Origin: Fervidicoccaceae archaeon
GTDB lineage: Archaea > Thermoproteota > Thermoprotei_A > Sulfolobales > Fervidicoccaceae
Assembly (NCBI GenBank): GCA_038734945.1
Contig: JAVYOA010000009.1
Coordinates: forward strand, 186,001-250,000
Length of the DNA: 64,000 nucleotides
Direction of reading: 5' to 3'
Shown here: one piece after another, positions 8,846 to 18,390 of the stretch
Layout of the letters: the number at the start of each line of letters is the position of its first letter
Position numbering within the stretch: position 1 is the first letter of the stretch
Program-made: the position numbers and the translations under genes
The notes under the pieces: generated by a model
Told to the model about the DNA's origin: nothing
Databases searched by the model: none
The model's input: only the letters and a program-made list of their open reading frames with translations

Positions 8846-9306
8846 AAGTTTCCTTTATCTTAAATGGAGAAAAAATTGAGGTCGATGTCCCTCCCAATGA
8901 AATCCTCCTGGATACATTGAGATTAAGGCTCGGGGTTAAGGGGCCAAAGAGAGGGTGTGAGAGGGCTGAGTGCGGCACATGCACTGTGCTGCTGGATGGA
9001 AAGCCCGTTTATTCATGCAATATCTTAACAGTCCAGGCTGATGGAAGGGAAATAATGACTATTGAGAAGATCTCTCAGGAAGCTCTTGGCAGAAAGATAG
9101 CAGAATCATTCTCCAGGGAAGGGGCAGTTCAGTGCGGCTTCTGCACCCCAGGGTTCGTTACTGTAGCATATGCCCTAGCTGCGTCCAATTCAAATCCGAA
9201 TGAAGCTGAAATTAGAAAGAGCATTGAAGGTAATCTATGCAGATGCACTGGCTATAAAAAAATTGTTAATGCAATAATGAAGAGCCTGTCTTCTGAGTCT
9301 AAGTGA
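8842..9306 (+). CDS. xanthine dehydrogenase family 2x[2Fe-2S] subunit (enzyme 1); probable CTG start
   Basis: GCERAECGTCTV, QCGFCTPG, GNLCRCTGY. The frame extends upstream of the track start (8917) as LKVSFILNGEKIEVDV to CTG 8842, bounded by in-frame TGA 8833-8835. Confidence 0.9.
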   Translation: MKVSFILNGEKIEVDVPPNEILLDTLRLRLGVKGPKRGCERAECGTCTVLLDGKPVYSCNILTVQADGREIMTIEKISQEALGRKIAESFSREGAVQCGFCTPGFVTVAYALAASNSNPNEAEIRKSIEGNLCRCTGYKKIVNAIMKSLSSESK

Positions 9307-10642
9307 ATTTCTTCAACTGCCTTCCAGAACCCTTCCTTCTTATTTCTCCGTTCTCCACTATTATCTCTCCTCTAAGCAACGTCTTTTCAACCTTTCCCTT
9401 CAGCTTCATTCCTATGAAGGGAGTAATGGTACTCTTTGTTATCAACCATTCCTCCTTTACAATTGTTTCTCCATTTTTATCTACTATTACTATATCTCCA
9501 TCGCTTTTTCCAGGAATCAGCTCTCCCTTCATCGGCCATATTCCCAGAAGCTTTGCTGGATTCCTTGAGAGCAATCTTGGAATGTCGGTCAGAGAGATCA
9601 GGTTATCTAGAGCCAAGTTGAGGAGAGAAGGAAGCAGCAACTGCACCCCAATGAATCCAGCCGGAACATCCCATATGCTCTCCCTGCTTTTTTCCTCAGG
9701 AGAATGTGGAGCATGATCTGAGCCCACAGAATAGATGACTCCAGACTTGATGGCCTCTAGCAATGCCTTTCTATGCTCCTCCTCTCTTATAGGAGGATTC
9801 ACCTTCAACTTACTGCCAAAAGTACTGTAATGGCTTCTATCAAAATAGAGGTAGTGGGGGCAAGTTTCCCCCGTCATTCTTACACCCTCCTCGAAAGCTT
9901 TCAATAAAAAGTCCAGAGTTCCCTTTGAGGAAATGTGAGCTACATGCGCCTTTCCCCCAGTCTCCTTTGCTATCATATAAATCTTTGCTACGGCGATTTC
10001 CTCCGTAATAGGAGGTCTTGAAAGGAGATGAGCTGAAGGATCATTCCTTCCTGATGACTTCATTCTCTCGGTGAACAGGCTAATGAGAGAACTATCCTCA
10101 GCATGAAAAACAACTGGAAAATCGTACTTTTTCGAGAGCTCCAGAGCCCTGTAAATCGTAGAATTATCCGGAGATGGAAGATTCCCAGTAGTAGGGCCAA
10201 GGAATGCCTTAAATGCGATCGCACCTTCCTTGAGCATATACTCCAATTTATTTACGCTCTCATCTGTTAGGACTCCGTAGAGAGCAAAATCAACTGTTGC
10301 CTTCTTTTTCAATAGCTCAGCTTTCTCAGCAATTCTTTCTCTACTATCAACAGGCGGTATAGTATTTGGCATCTCAGCGACAGTAGTTACTCCCCCCACA
10401 GCAGCAGCCATTGTTCCATGTTCAAAATCATCCTTATATTCAAGTCCTGGTTCCCTCATATGCACGTGCTCATCAATTATTCCCGGGAAAACAAGCTTTC
10501 CAGTAGCATCTATAACCTCATCTGTCCCTTCTCTCGATAGCTGCTTCCCAATTTTTTCGATCTTGCCATCTGAAATTAGAATATCACCATCGAATACCAG
10601 CTCTGGAGTGACTATGTGTCCACCCTTTATCAAAACATTCAT
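9299..10642 (-). CDS. dihydroorotase/allantoinase-family cyclic amidohydrolase (DHOase-type residues)
   Basis: DEHVHMREPG, EMPNT, FKAF, HAED, HVAHIS, ETCPHY, KVNPPIR, SDHAPH. Confidence 0.88.
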   Translation of the reverse strand: MNVLIKGGHIVTPELVFDGDILISDGKIEKIGKQLSREGTDEVIDATGKLVFPGIIDEHVHMREPGLEYKDDFEHGTMAAAVGGVTTVAEMPNTIPPVDSRERIAEKAELLKKKATVDFALYGVLTDESVNKLEYMLKEGAIAFKAFLGPTTGNLPSPDNSTIYRALELSKKYDFPVVFHAEDSSLISLFTERMKSSGRNDPSAHLLSRPPITEEIAVAKIYMIAKETGGKAHVAHISSKGTLDFLLKAFEEGVRMTGETCPHYLYFDRSHYSTFGSKLKVNPPIREEEHRKALLEAIKSGVIYSVGSDHAPHSPEEKSRESIWDVPAGFIGVQLLLPSLLNLALDNLISLTDIPRLLSRNPAKLLGIWPMKGELIPGKSDGDIVIVDKNGETIVKEEWLITKSTITPFIGMKLKGKVEKTLLRGEIIVENGEIRRKGSGRQLKKFT

Positions 10643-10737
10643 GCTTTCAACCTCCCCACAAAACCATAATCCATTTTTTGCTTATAAAATATAAAAATTA
10701 AATAAAAGGAGCCCACAGTTTTTTTTAGTGATAAAGA

Positions 10738-13101
10738 ATGCAGAAAGAAAAAGGAAAGTTCAAATTTATTGGGACAGATATTCCCAGAAGAGATGCTGAT
10801 AGCAAGATAAGGGGAAGCTTGACATATGCCTCCGACATATCTTTCCCGGGAATGCTCTACGGAAGAATAGTATACAGTCCCTACCCGTTTGCCGATATTG
10901 AAGAAATAGATCCTTCTGAAGCCGAAAGGATGGGAGCTGTGGTTATTACTCCAAAGGACGTTCCGAGCAAGCCCTTCAACATAAGGCTGGTTAGCATAAA
11001 CGAGGTAACATTCAAGGATTGGAGCATTCTAACTCTAACCCCAAGATATCTGGGAGATCCTGTAGCAGCAGTAGCTGCTTCATCAGAGGAGCTAGCTCAG
11101 AAAGCTGCTGAGCTCATCAAATTCAAGTTCAGAAGAATTATGGAACCGATAATCGACCCCTTTGATTCACTGAAGGAGTCATCTCCTCCAATTAGAGAAA
11201 AAATACTGAAGGGAGAAGAGGAGGTCGAAATAAAGAGAAACATAGGAGCATCCCTGAACTATTCAGAAGGAGACATAGAAAGAGGGGAAAAGGAAGCAGA
11301 GATAGTTCTCGAGAGAAATTTCAAAACAAGCAGAAGATATCATTTCCAGCTTGAGCCCAAGGTTTCGGTTTGTTTTCCTGAATCCGATGGAAGGATTTCA
11401 ATATATACAACAACACAAACAATTCACAATACAAGGATATTGGTAGGCCAAGTTTTCGGAATCCCTCTATCTCGCATAACTGTGAAGAGAATTCCAATAG
11501 GAGGATCCTTTGGATCCAGCATTCAAACCAATTTGGTAACTCTCATAAGCGTAGCTCTCTGCCTCAAAGCAAAAAAACCTGTAAAAATTTCCCTGACTAG
11601 AGAGGAAGACATGTATGATCACTCTGACTACGAGATGTATCTGAAGCTGAGAATTGGTGCTAAGAGGAGTGGGGAGCTGACGTTCGGAGAACTTGAGAAC
11701 ATAATGGACATAGGAGCGCATCAAGTCCAAGCTTATCCATTGCTTGGAACAGCGCTGGGGTGGTTTGTATCCCTATACAAATGGAAAAACATCAAATACA
11801 GAGGTCTAGCAGTTTATACAAACAAAACACCATCCTGTGCTTTCAGGGGATATGGAGCCCCCCAAATCTCTTGGGCAGTTGAAACAATTATGGATGAGCT
11901 TGCTGAGGAGCTGAAAATTGATCCTCTTGAGCTAAAGCTGAAGAACTACGTCGGTCTAGGGGATGTTTTCTGGGGGCAAGGGCCCTCAGTAAGGAGCATA
12001 ATAAAGTCGGATGGAGTCAGGGAACTTGTAGAGAGAGGAAAACAGCTAATTGGCTGGGATAGAAGACAGCCGCCTCACTTGAAAAGAGGAAGATTCAGAT
12101 CCGGAATAGGATTTGGCAGATCCTTCCACACATCCGGGGCAGGCGGTCCAATATCTGGGGAAGTGATCGATTATACTGGAGCTACTTTGAAGTTAAACGA
12201 GGATGGAAGCCTTGATTACATAACAGCACTACAGGATCACGGCGGCGGCACATTGGAAGCCCACGTAAAAATAATTGCTGAGGAGCTTGGCGTTCCTCCT
12301 TGGCTAATAAATGTAGTCCCATCTGACACAAGCATTTCCCCCTATGACGTTTGCACACATGCTTCAAGAGGGACATATGTTGGAGGAGAGGCTGCGAGGA
12401 GGGCAGCTCTTGCCGTCAAATCCAAGATATTTGAGTATGCAGCCAGAATATTATCCAAGGCTGTAAACCCCGAATCGTTCAGGTTAGGCTACGATGAAAG
12501 CCTTGAGCAAGCAGTTGTCTACATAGAAGGCATGAAGGATATGAAAATTCCTCTATCAGAAGTAGCTAGAATAGGTTGGCAGAGAAACTGGGGAACCATA
12601 GCTTCCACGATAAGCTATAGAGCAACATCAGCTCCCCCCACATTCACTGTGTTCTTCGTCGAAGTCGAAGTCGATACATATACAGGAAAGGTTATCCCTA
12701 AAAAGGTAGTAGCCGGGGCAGATCTTGGAACTGTCATCAATCCAAAGCTGGCAGAGGGTCAGCTGCATGGCGGATTCGTTATGGGATGGAGCATGGCCTA
12801 TCTGGAGGACACAGAATATGATAAGAGAACAGGAGAGCTTTTGAACAGAGGTATGGTTGTCGACTACAAGATACCAACATTCCAGGATGCTCCAAAACTG
12901 GAGGACTTCAAAGTAATTTTTGCAGAGACAAGTGAACCTACAGGCCCCTACGGAGCAAAAGGATTGGGCGAAGCAGCTTTGAATCCTGTCGCAGGAGCTG
13001 TGGCCAATGCCATCTACAACGCTATTGGCATTAGATTCTACAGGCTTCCAATAACCCCCGAGAAGATTCTTCAGTCCCTAACCGGTGGTGAGACGCAATG
13101 A
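10738..13101 (+). CDS. xanthine dehydrogenase family molybdopterin-binding subunit (enzyme 2, atypical motifs)
   Basis: FRGYGAPQ, EGQLHGG, AKGLGE; GGSFGSS in place of GGGFGGK. Confidence 0.9.
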   Translation: MQKEKGKFKFIGTDIPRRDADSKIRGSLTYASDISFPGMLYGRIVYSPYPFADIEEIDPSEAERMGAVVITPKDVPSKPFNIRLVSINEVTFKDWSILTLTPRYLGDPVAAVAASSEELAQKAAELIKFKFRRIMEPIIDPFDSLKESSPPIREKILKGEEEVEIKRNIGASLNYSEGDIERGEKEAEIVLERNFKTSRRYHFQLEPKVSVCFPESDGRISIYTTTQTIHNTRILVGQVFGIPLSRITVKRIPIGGSFGSSIQTNLVTLISVALCLKAKKPVKISLTREEDMYDHSDYEMYLKLRIGAKRSGELTFGELENIMDIGAHQVQAYPLLGTALGWFVSLYKWKNIKYRGLAVYTNKTPSCAFRGYGAPQISWAVETIMDELAEELKIDPLELKLKNYVGLGDVFWGQGPSVRSIIKSDGVRELVERGKQLIGWDRRQPPHLKRGRFRSGIGFGRSFHTSGAGGPISGEVIDYTGATLKLNEDGSLDYITALQDHGGGTLEAHVKIIAEELGVPPWLINVVPSDTSISPYDVCTHASRGTYVGGEAARRAALAVKSKIFEYAARILSKAVNPESFRLGYDESLEQAVVYIEGMKDMKIPLSEVARIGWQRNWGTIASTISYRATSAPPTFTVFFVEVEVDTYTGKVIPKKVVAGADLGTVINPKLAEGQLHGGFVMGWSMAYLEDTEYDKRTGELLNRGMVVDYKIPTFQDAPKLEDFKVIFAETSEPTGPYGAKGLGEAALNPVAGAVANAIYNAIGIRFYRLPITPEKILQSLTGGETQ

Positions 13102-14003
13102 GCGTGCTCAATAGGATCAACACGAGAGTTATACCAGCATCCTTTGAATACCATGAACCAAAAACCCTCGATGAAGCTCTGAAGCTCTTGAATGAACTTG
13201 GAGATGCTGCTAGGATTCTAGCTGGTGGAACAGATCTGCTGGTCAAGATGAAGAGCAGGTCAATCGAGCCAAAACACATCATTAACATAAAGAGAATTGA
13301 GGGACTTAGATACATATCTGAGGAAGGAGGACTTATAAAGATAGGAGCTCTAACAACATGGAGAGATCTTGAGAGATCCCAGCAGATTAGACAGAAGCTT
13401 CCAGCTCTCTACGATGCTGTTAAATCAATGGGGAGTGTTCAAGTAAGGAGTATGGCCACAATTGCTGGGAATCTCTGCAATGCATCTCCAGCAGCAGACT
13501 CAGCCCCTCCCCTTCTTGTCCACGAAGCAAAAGTCATCGCTGTCAGCCTTAGGGGGAAGAGAACCATTCCAATAGATCAGCTCTTCCTATCTCCAGGTAA
13601 AACTTCTCTATTGCCAAGTGAAATGCTCATTGAGATAGATATACCGCTTCCTCCTTACAACAGCTCCTCATCGTTCCTGAAACTGGCAAGGACTTCCATG
13701 GATCTTGCTAAAGCCAGTGCAGCAGTGTATATAAAAATGAATGGGGATGTGGTGGAAGATGCAAAGATAGCATTGGGTTCCGTGGCACCAACTCCAATCT
13801 TGGCTAAGAAAGCTGCTGCTGAGCTAATCGGAAAGAAAGCTTCAGAAGAGGTAATTTCAAAAGCTTCCAGCATTGTCGCAAGTGAAATTTCCCCAATTGA
13901 TGATATACGGTCAACGGCATTCTATAGAAGAAAAGTTTCTCCTATCTTGGTTTCCGATGCAATTCACATGGCAATTTCTAGACTTCGAGGTGATGGAGCT
14001 TGA
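13098..14003 (+). CDS. xanthine dehydrogenase family FAD-binding subunit (enzyme 2)
   Basis: LAGGTDLL, QVRSMATIAGNLCNASPAAD, PIDDIRST; ATGA overlap. Confidence 0.92.
   Translation: MSVLNRINTRVIPASFEYHEPKTLDEALKLLNELGDAARILAGGTDLLVKMKSRSIEPKHIINIKRIEGLRYISEEGGLIKIGALTTWRDLERSQQIRQKLPALYDAVKSMGSVQVRSMATIAGNLCNASPAADSAPPLLVHEAKVIAVSLRGKRTIPIDQLFLSPGKTSLLPSEMLIEIDIPLPPYNSSSSFLKLARTSMDLAKASAAVYIKMNGDVVEDAKIALGSVAPTPILAKKAAAELIGKKASEEVISKASSIVASEISPIDDIRSTAFYRRKVSPILVSDAIHMAISRLRGDGA
13461..13535 (+). repeat. 75-bp exact direct repeat, copy 2 (inside FAD subunit 2)
   Basis: Identical to 8303-8377; flanks diverge. Confidence 0.92.
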
Positions 14004-14464
14004 TGATCAGTTTTAATCTCGATGGAAGAAAAGTCTCGATTGACATTGAGCCGAATGAGCTTCTACTGAATGTCCTCAGAGATAGGCTTGGAGTCAACGT
14101 TCCCAAATATTCCTGTGGGATAGGAGAGTGTGGGGCATGCACTGTTCTCATAGACGGAGAACCCCATCTTTCTTGTTTAACTCTGGCTGTGGACGTCAAT
14201 GGAAAGGATGTCAGGACGGCTTCAGGATTGGATGAAAAAGATCTCTCTATAATTTCGAAGACCTTTGCTGAGGAGGGAGCAGTGCAGTGCGGCTACTGTT
14301 CCCCAGGAATCGCTGTTATGACGTACAGTCTTCTGCAAGAAAAAGAGAAAGTAAGTGAAGATGAAGTGAGAGAGTATTTGAGAGGAAATCTCTGCAGATG
14401 CACCGGCTATGTAAATATCGTGAGAGCTGTTCTAAAGGCAGCTGAAATGAGGGGAAAAAAATGA
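14000..14464 (+). CDS. xanthine dehydrogenase family 2x[2Fe-2S] subunit (enzyme 2)
   Basis: CGIGECGACTV, QCGYCSPG, GNLCRCTGY. Confidence 0.92.
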   Translation: MMISFNLDGRKVSIDIEPNELLLNVLRDRLGVNVPKYSCGIGECGACTVLIDGEPHLSCLTLAVDVNGKDVRTASGLDEKDLSIISKTFAEEGAVQCGYCSPGIAVMTYSLLQEKEKVSEDEVREYLRGNLCRCTGYVNIVRAVLKAAEMRGKK

Positions 14465-15384
14465 AAGAGCTAAAGGGAAGAGACATACTTTCATCATTTG
14501 ACTTCGATAGAGAAACTGTAGAGCATCTATTTGCCGTTGCTGATTATCTGAAAAAAGAGCTCAGTGAGAGAAAGCTCAAAATTGCTGAGGGAAGAATACT
14601 GGCAACAGTTTTCTTGGAGCCAAGCACGAGAACTAAGCTGAGCTTCCAGATGGCAATGCTCAAGCTCGGAGGGAGTTACATAGACTTTCTACCTGAAACG
14701 AGCTCCCTCCAGAAGGGAGAAAGCGACATCGATACACTGAAGATCATAGATAACTACGACCCGGATCTGATAGTGTTGAGGCAAAGCAAGCCGTTCTTTC
14801 CACACAAAATCAAGGATGAGCTGAGAGCACCTATCATAAATGGGGGAGATGGCACTAATGAGCATCCGACGCAGGCATTGCTGGATGCCTATACTATTTG
14901 GAAAGAGATAGGATCGCTCGATGGTTTGAAGATCGGCTTCATGGGAGATCTGAAGTATGGTAGAACCGCACCGTCTCTCTCATATCTTCTCTCTTTCTTC
15001 AAGGGAGTAAAGATCTTCTACATTTCTCCGAAGGAGCTGAGAATAAGAGACGAGGTAAAGGAAAAAATCAAATCAAGGGTAACTTTTCAGGAGTTCGAAA
15101 GATTAGAGGAAATCTGCGAGGACCTTGACGTTCTCTATGTAACTAGACTGCAAAAGGAGAGGTTCAGCAATCAGGAAGACTATGAAAGGCTAAAATCAAG
15201 CTATATTGTGGATCGAAGAACTCTGTTAAAATTGAAAAGAATTCCAATAATAATGCATCCCCTCCCAAGAGTTTGGGAGTTGGCAACAGATGTGGACTCC
15301 CTTCCTCAGGCTAAGTACTTTGAGCAGGCTAGAAATGGGATGTTTATTAGAGCAGCCCTTATCAAAGAAATTTTAGGTCTGTAA
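14461..15384 (+). CDS. pyrB: aspartate carbamoyltransferase catalytic subunit-like protein
   Basis: FLEPSTRT, KGES, HPTQALLD, GDLKYGRT, TRLQKER, MHPLPR; no pyrI adjacent. Confidence 0.88.
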   Translation: MKELKGRDILSSFDFDRETVEHLFAVADYLKKELSERKLKIAEGRILATVFLEPSTRTKLSFQMAMLKLGGSYIDFLPETSSLQKGESDIDTLKIIDNYDPDLIVLRQSKPFFPHKIKDELRAPIINGGDGTNEHPTQALLDAYTIWKEIGSLDGLKIGFMGDLKYGRTAPSLSYLLSFFKGVKIFYISPKELRIRDEVKEKIKSRVTFQEFERLEEICEDLDVLYVTRLQKERFSNQEDYERLKSSYIVDRRTLLKLKRIPIIMHPLPRVWELATDVDSLPQAKYFEQARNGMFIRAALIKEILGL

Positions 15385-15640
15385 TTTCATGAAAAGCGTA
15401 ATACTGAAGGATTAAAAAAGGAAAGCAGAAAGAAGCATATGTTGCTTAGACTCCTTTTCATAAATTTTTTAAAATAATTATAGAATGAGCTCTTTTCTGC
15501 ATTATATTAGCTAATTTTTAAATTATAAACTAACACATGATCAACATATCATATTATTGAATTTCTTCGCTTCTTCTTTCGGAACAGATTTAGTTGCTCA
15601 GGTCATAAGTTATGATCCTCGTTCGAGGGTGAAACGTTAA

Positions 15641-17101
15641 ATGAGCCTCTCAAACATGCTGAATAGATTCTTCGAAATCGATAAAAGAAATACAACCATA
15701 AAAATTGAAATAATAGCAGGAATAACTACTTTCCTGTCTATGGCATACATACTTTTTGTCAATCCTACAATACTTACAGAAGGTTTTTCAATTGCTCTTC
15801 ATCAGTCGCTTGGAATACCAATTGGGGATCCTCTGCCTGAACAATATCTCAATCTCCTCTATAATGTCAGATTGGGATTTACAGCGGCTACTGCTATTTC
15901 TGCTGCTGTTGCCACGCTAGTTATGGCTCTATACGCGAGACTGCCTTTTGCCCTTGCCCCAGGAATGGGAGAAAACGCATTTGTGGCCTACACGATAATC
16001 CCTCTATTCAACGAACTCATTCTCTCTAGCGGGGCAGTTCAAGGACCGGCTGCTTCTCAGCTTGCTATATATTTGGCCTTAATATCTGTTCTCTTCAACG
16101 GAATTCTATTTTTAATTTTCTCAATAGGAAAAATCAGAGAATTCATAATAAACTCCGTTCCCGAATCTCTCAAGCTAGGAATCGGCATTGGAATAGGTCT
16201 TTTCATAACGCTAATAGGATTTGCTGATGTTGGGATCGTCAAGGGGGGAATAGCTACTCCAATAACATTCAACTCAAGTGCTCTAACGAGCCTTCCCTTC
16301 TATATAGGAATGCTCAGCTTCTTAGTCGCCTCAGTACTTCTAGTAAAAAAGGTAATAGGAGGATTCATAATAGCAATCCTATCATCGACATTTGTAGCAG
16401 CCCTCCTTGGAATGATCTCCCTACCATCTTCAATTGTTGTAGCCCCCTCCCTTACAACATCTATTCTAAACGAGCTGCCAAAATCATTTTATCTCTATCT
16501 ATCTCTATTCGGCATAGGTTTTCCAATAGCCTTCTCTCTCTTCCTAGTTGATTTCTTCGATGGCATAGGAACGATAACAGGACTCGCTACCAAGGCAAAT
16601 CTTCTTGAGAACGGAAGAATAGTAGGAATAAACAGGGCTCTTATAACTGATGCTTTTGCATCAATACTAGCGCCATTCTTTGGCACATCTACGGTAGTTA
16701 TCTACATAGAGAGCGCTTCCGGAATAGAGCAAGGAGGAAGGACAGGTCTCACTGCCTTGGTTGTGTCATTGCTCTTCTTCATCTCTGTACTGCTTACTCC
16801 ACTGTTCACTGCAATACCATCCTACGCTACTGGAGGAGTTCTTATGCTGGTGGGCTTGCTTTTTCTTTCCCTATCTGGCAATCTTGCTAAGCTAGAGGAC
16901 TACAGCGAGCTTATCCCAGCATTTGTCACAATAACATCAATTCCGTTCTCGTACAGCATTACTACTGGAATAGGGCTTGGCTTCATAACATATACGCTCA
17001 TTAAGCTGCTCTCGGGCAAATTCAGAGACTTGAAACCGGGAGTGCTGATAATAACCCTGCTCTTCGCGATCTTCTTCGTGCTCACGGCAAAGGGGTTCTA
17101 G
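15641..17101 (+). CDS. NCS2-family nucleobase permease (AzgA/PbuG-like)
   Basis: EIIAGITTFLSMAYILFVNP, LAPGMGENAF, YIESASG..GGRTGLTA. Confidence 0.92.
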   Translation: MSLSNMLNRFFEIDKRNTTIKIEIIAGITTFLSMAYILFVNPTILTEGFSIALHQSLGIPIGDPLPEQYLNLLYNVRLGFTAATAISAAVATLVMALYARLPFALAPGMGENAFVAYTIIPLFNELILSSGAVQGPAASQLAIYLALISVLFNGILFLIFSIGKIREFIINSVPESLKLGIGIGIGLFITLIGFADVGIVKGGIATPITFNSSALTSLPFYIGMLSFLVASVLLVKKVIGGFIIAILSSTFVAALLGMISLPSSIVVAPSLTTSILNELPKSFYLYLSLFGIGFPIAFSLFLVDFFDGIGTITGLATKANLLENGRIVGINRALITDAFASILAPFFGTSTVVIYIESASGIEQGGRTGLTALVVSLLFFISVLLTPLFTAIPSYATGGVLMLVGLLFLSLSGNLAKLEDYSELIPAFVTITSIPFSYSITTGIGLGFITYTLIKLLSGKFRDLKPGVLIITLLFAIFFVLTAKGF

Positions 17102-17154
17102 TTTTCTAAATACAAATATTTTTTCCTCTTTTTGTTAGTGTAAGATGATGGCAA

Positions 17155-18285
17155 ATGAAGAGAATAGCTCTCATTGTTAATCCCGTGGCAGGCATAGGAG
17201 GACCATTGTCCTTGAAAGGAAGCGATGGAGTATCCTGGGGAGAAATTGGCGTTTACATGGGCCCTTCTTTTAAGACTTCCATTATCTTTGCCAGGGAGAT
17301 CAAAAAAGCTCTCTTCAAAGCCAGAGAAAGCTTTGAGCTTCTTGCTCCTAGGGGCTTGATGGGAGAGATTTCGGCTAGGGAGATAGGAATCGATCCCAGG
17401 ATAATATGCAGACCTAAATATCCAAGCAAAGCTGAAGATACGAAGATCTGTTCACAATCGGCATATAGAGAAAAGGCAGATCTAATAGTATTTGTAGGTG
17501 GAGATGGGACTGCTTGGGACATTTACGATGGAGCAAATGGAGAAATTCCAATTTTCGGGGTTCCTGGGGGAACCAAAATTTACAGCTCGATATTCGCCAA
17601 GAGCATCAATGCAGCAACAAGGCTATTTCTCTCCTTTGTAAATGATAGCTACTATATAGCTGAGGGGGAGATAATTGTTGTGGATGAAGATAAGCTGAGA
17701 AGAAGCGGACAATTCTCCATAGTGAGGTCAGCTCTAGCTAAAACAATTGAATCAAGAGAAGAAACCCTTCATCAGCATAGCAAGGATCCATATGCTTCAA
17801 GAGAAGATGAAATAGAGGAATTGGCAGAATGTATAGCAGAAGAGATTGACAATAGCATTCCACTTATAATCGGTCCTGGAAGAACAGCTGGAGCAATAGC
17901 TGAGAAGCTGAAAATAAGAAGAAAAGATATTCTGAGCGTTTCAGCTGGATGGAAGGGGAAAACGTACTGTGATGATTGCTCTTCCCAGGATCTTCTCAGA
18001 TTTCTAGAAGAGATAAAGGATCCAGAGATGCTTAGAATAATTGTTTCACCTTTGGGAAGCTCTGGTTTCCTCCTTGGCAGAGGAAACCAGCAAATACCTC
18101 TAGCACTTCTGAGGATTGTGAGCCTCAATAATTTTATAATAGTTTCCACTAGGTCTAAGGCCATGCGTCTGAAAAATCTTCTAGTTGATTTAAAGGACGA
18201 CAGGCTCGAGCAAAAGTTTTCTAATTATGTGAGAGTTAGAACAGGATGCAATGAGGAAACGATCATGAAAATAATTCCAGCTTAA
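17155..18285 (+). CDS. ATP-NAD kinase-family protein
   Basis: VNPVAGIGG..LKGSDG, GGDGTA, GVPGGTKIYS, GFLLGRGNQQ. Confidence 0.82.
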   Translation: MKRIALIVNPVAGIGGPLSLKGSDGVSWGEIGVYMGPSFKTSIIFAREIKKALFKARESFELLAPRGLMGEISAREIGIDPRIICRPKYPSKAEDTKICSQSAYREKADLIVFVGGDGTAWDIYDGANGEIPIFGVPGGTKIYSSIFAKSINAATRLFLSFVNDSYYIAEGEIIVVDEDKLRRSGQFSIVRSALAKTIESREETLHQHSKDPYASREDEIEELAECIAEEIDNSIPLIIGPGRTAGAIAEKLKIRRKDILSVSAGWKGKTYCDDCSSQDLLRFLEEIKDPEMLRIIVSPLGSSGFLLGRGNQQIPLALLRIVSLNNFIIVSTRSKAMRLKNLLVDLKDDRLEQKFSNYVRVRTGCNEETIMKIIPA

Positions 18286-18390
18286 AACTCTTCTTCTCAT
18301 TGAGGCAATTTTACCGTATTACCTCTTTTACATGAGAAAATAAACAATCTTTGTAAAAGCAATATTAGAGAGAAAATTAAGATCTGCTTA

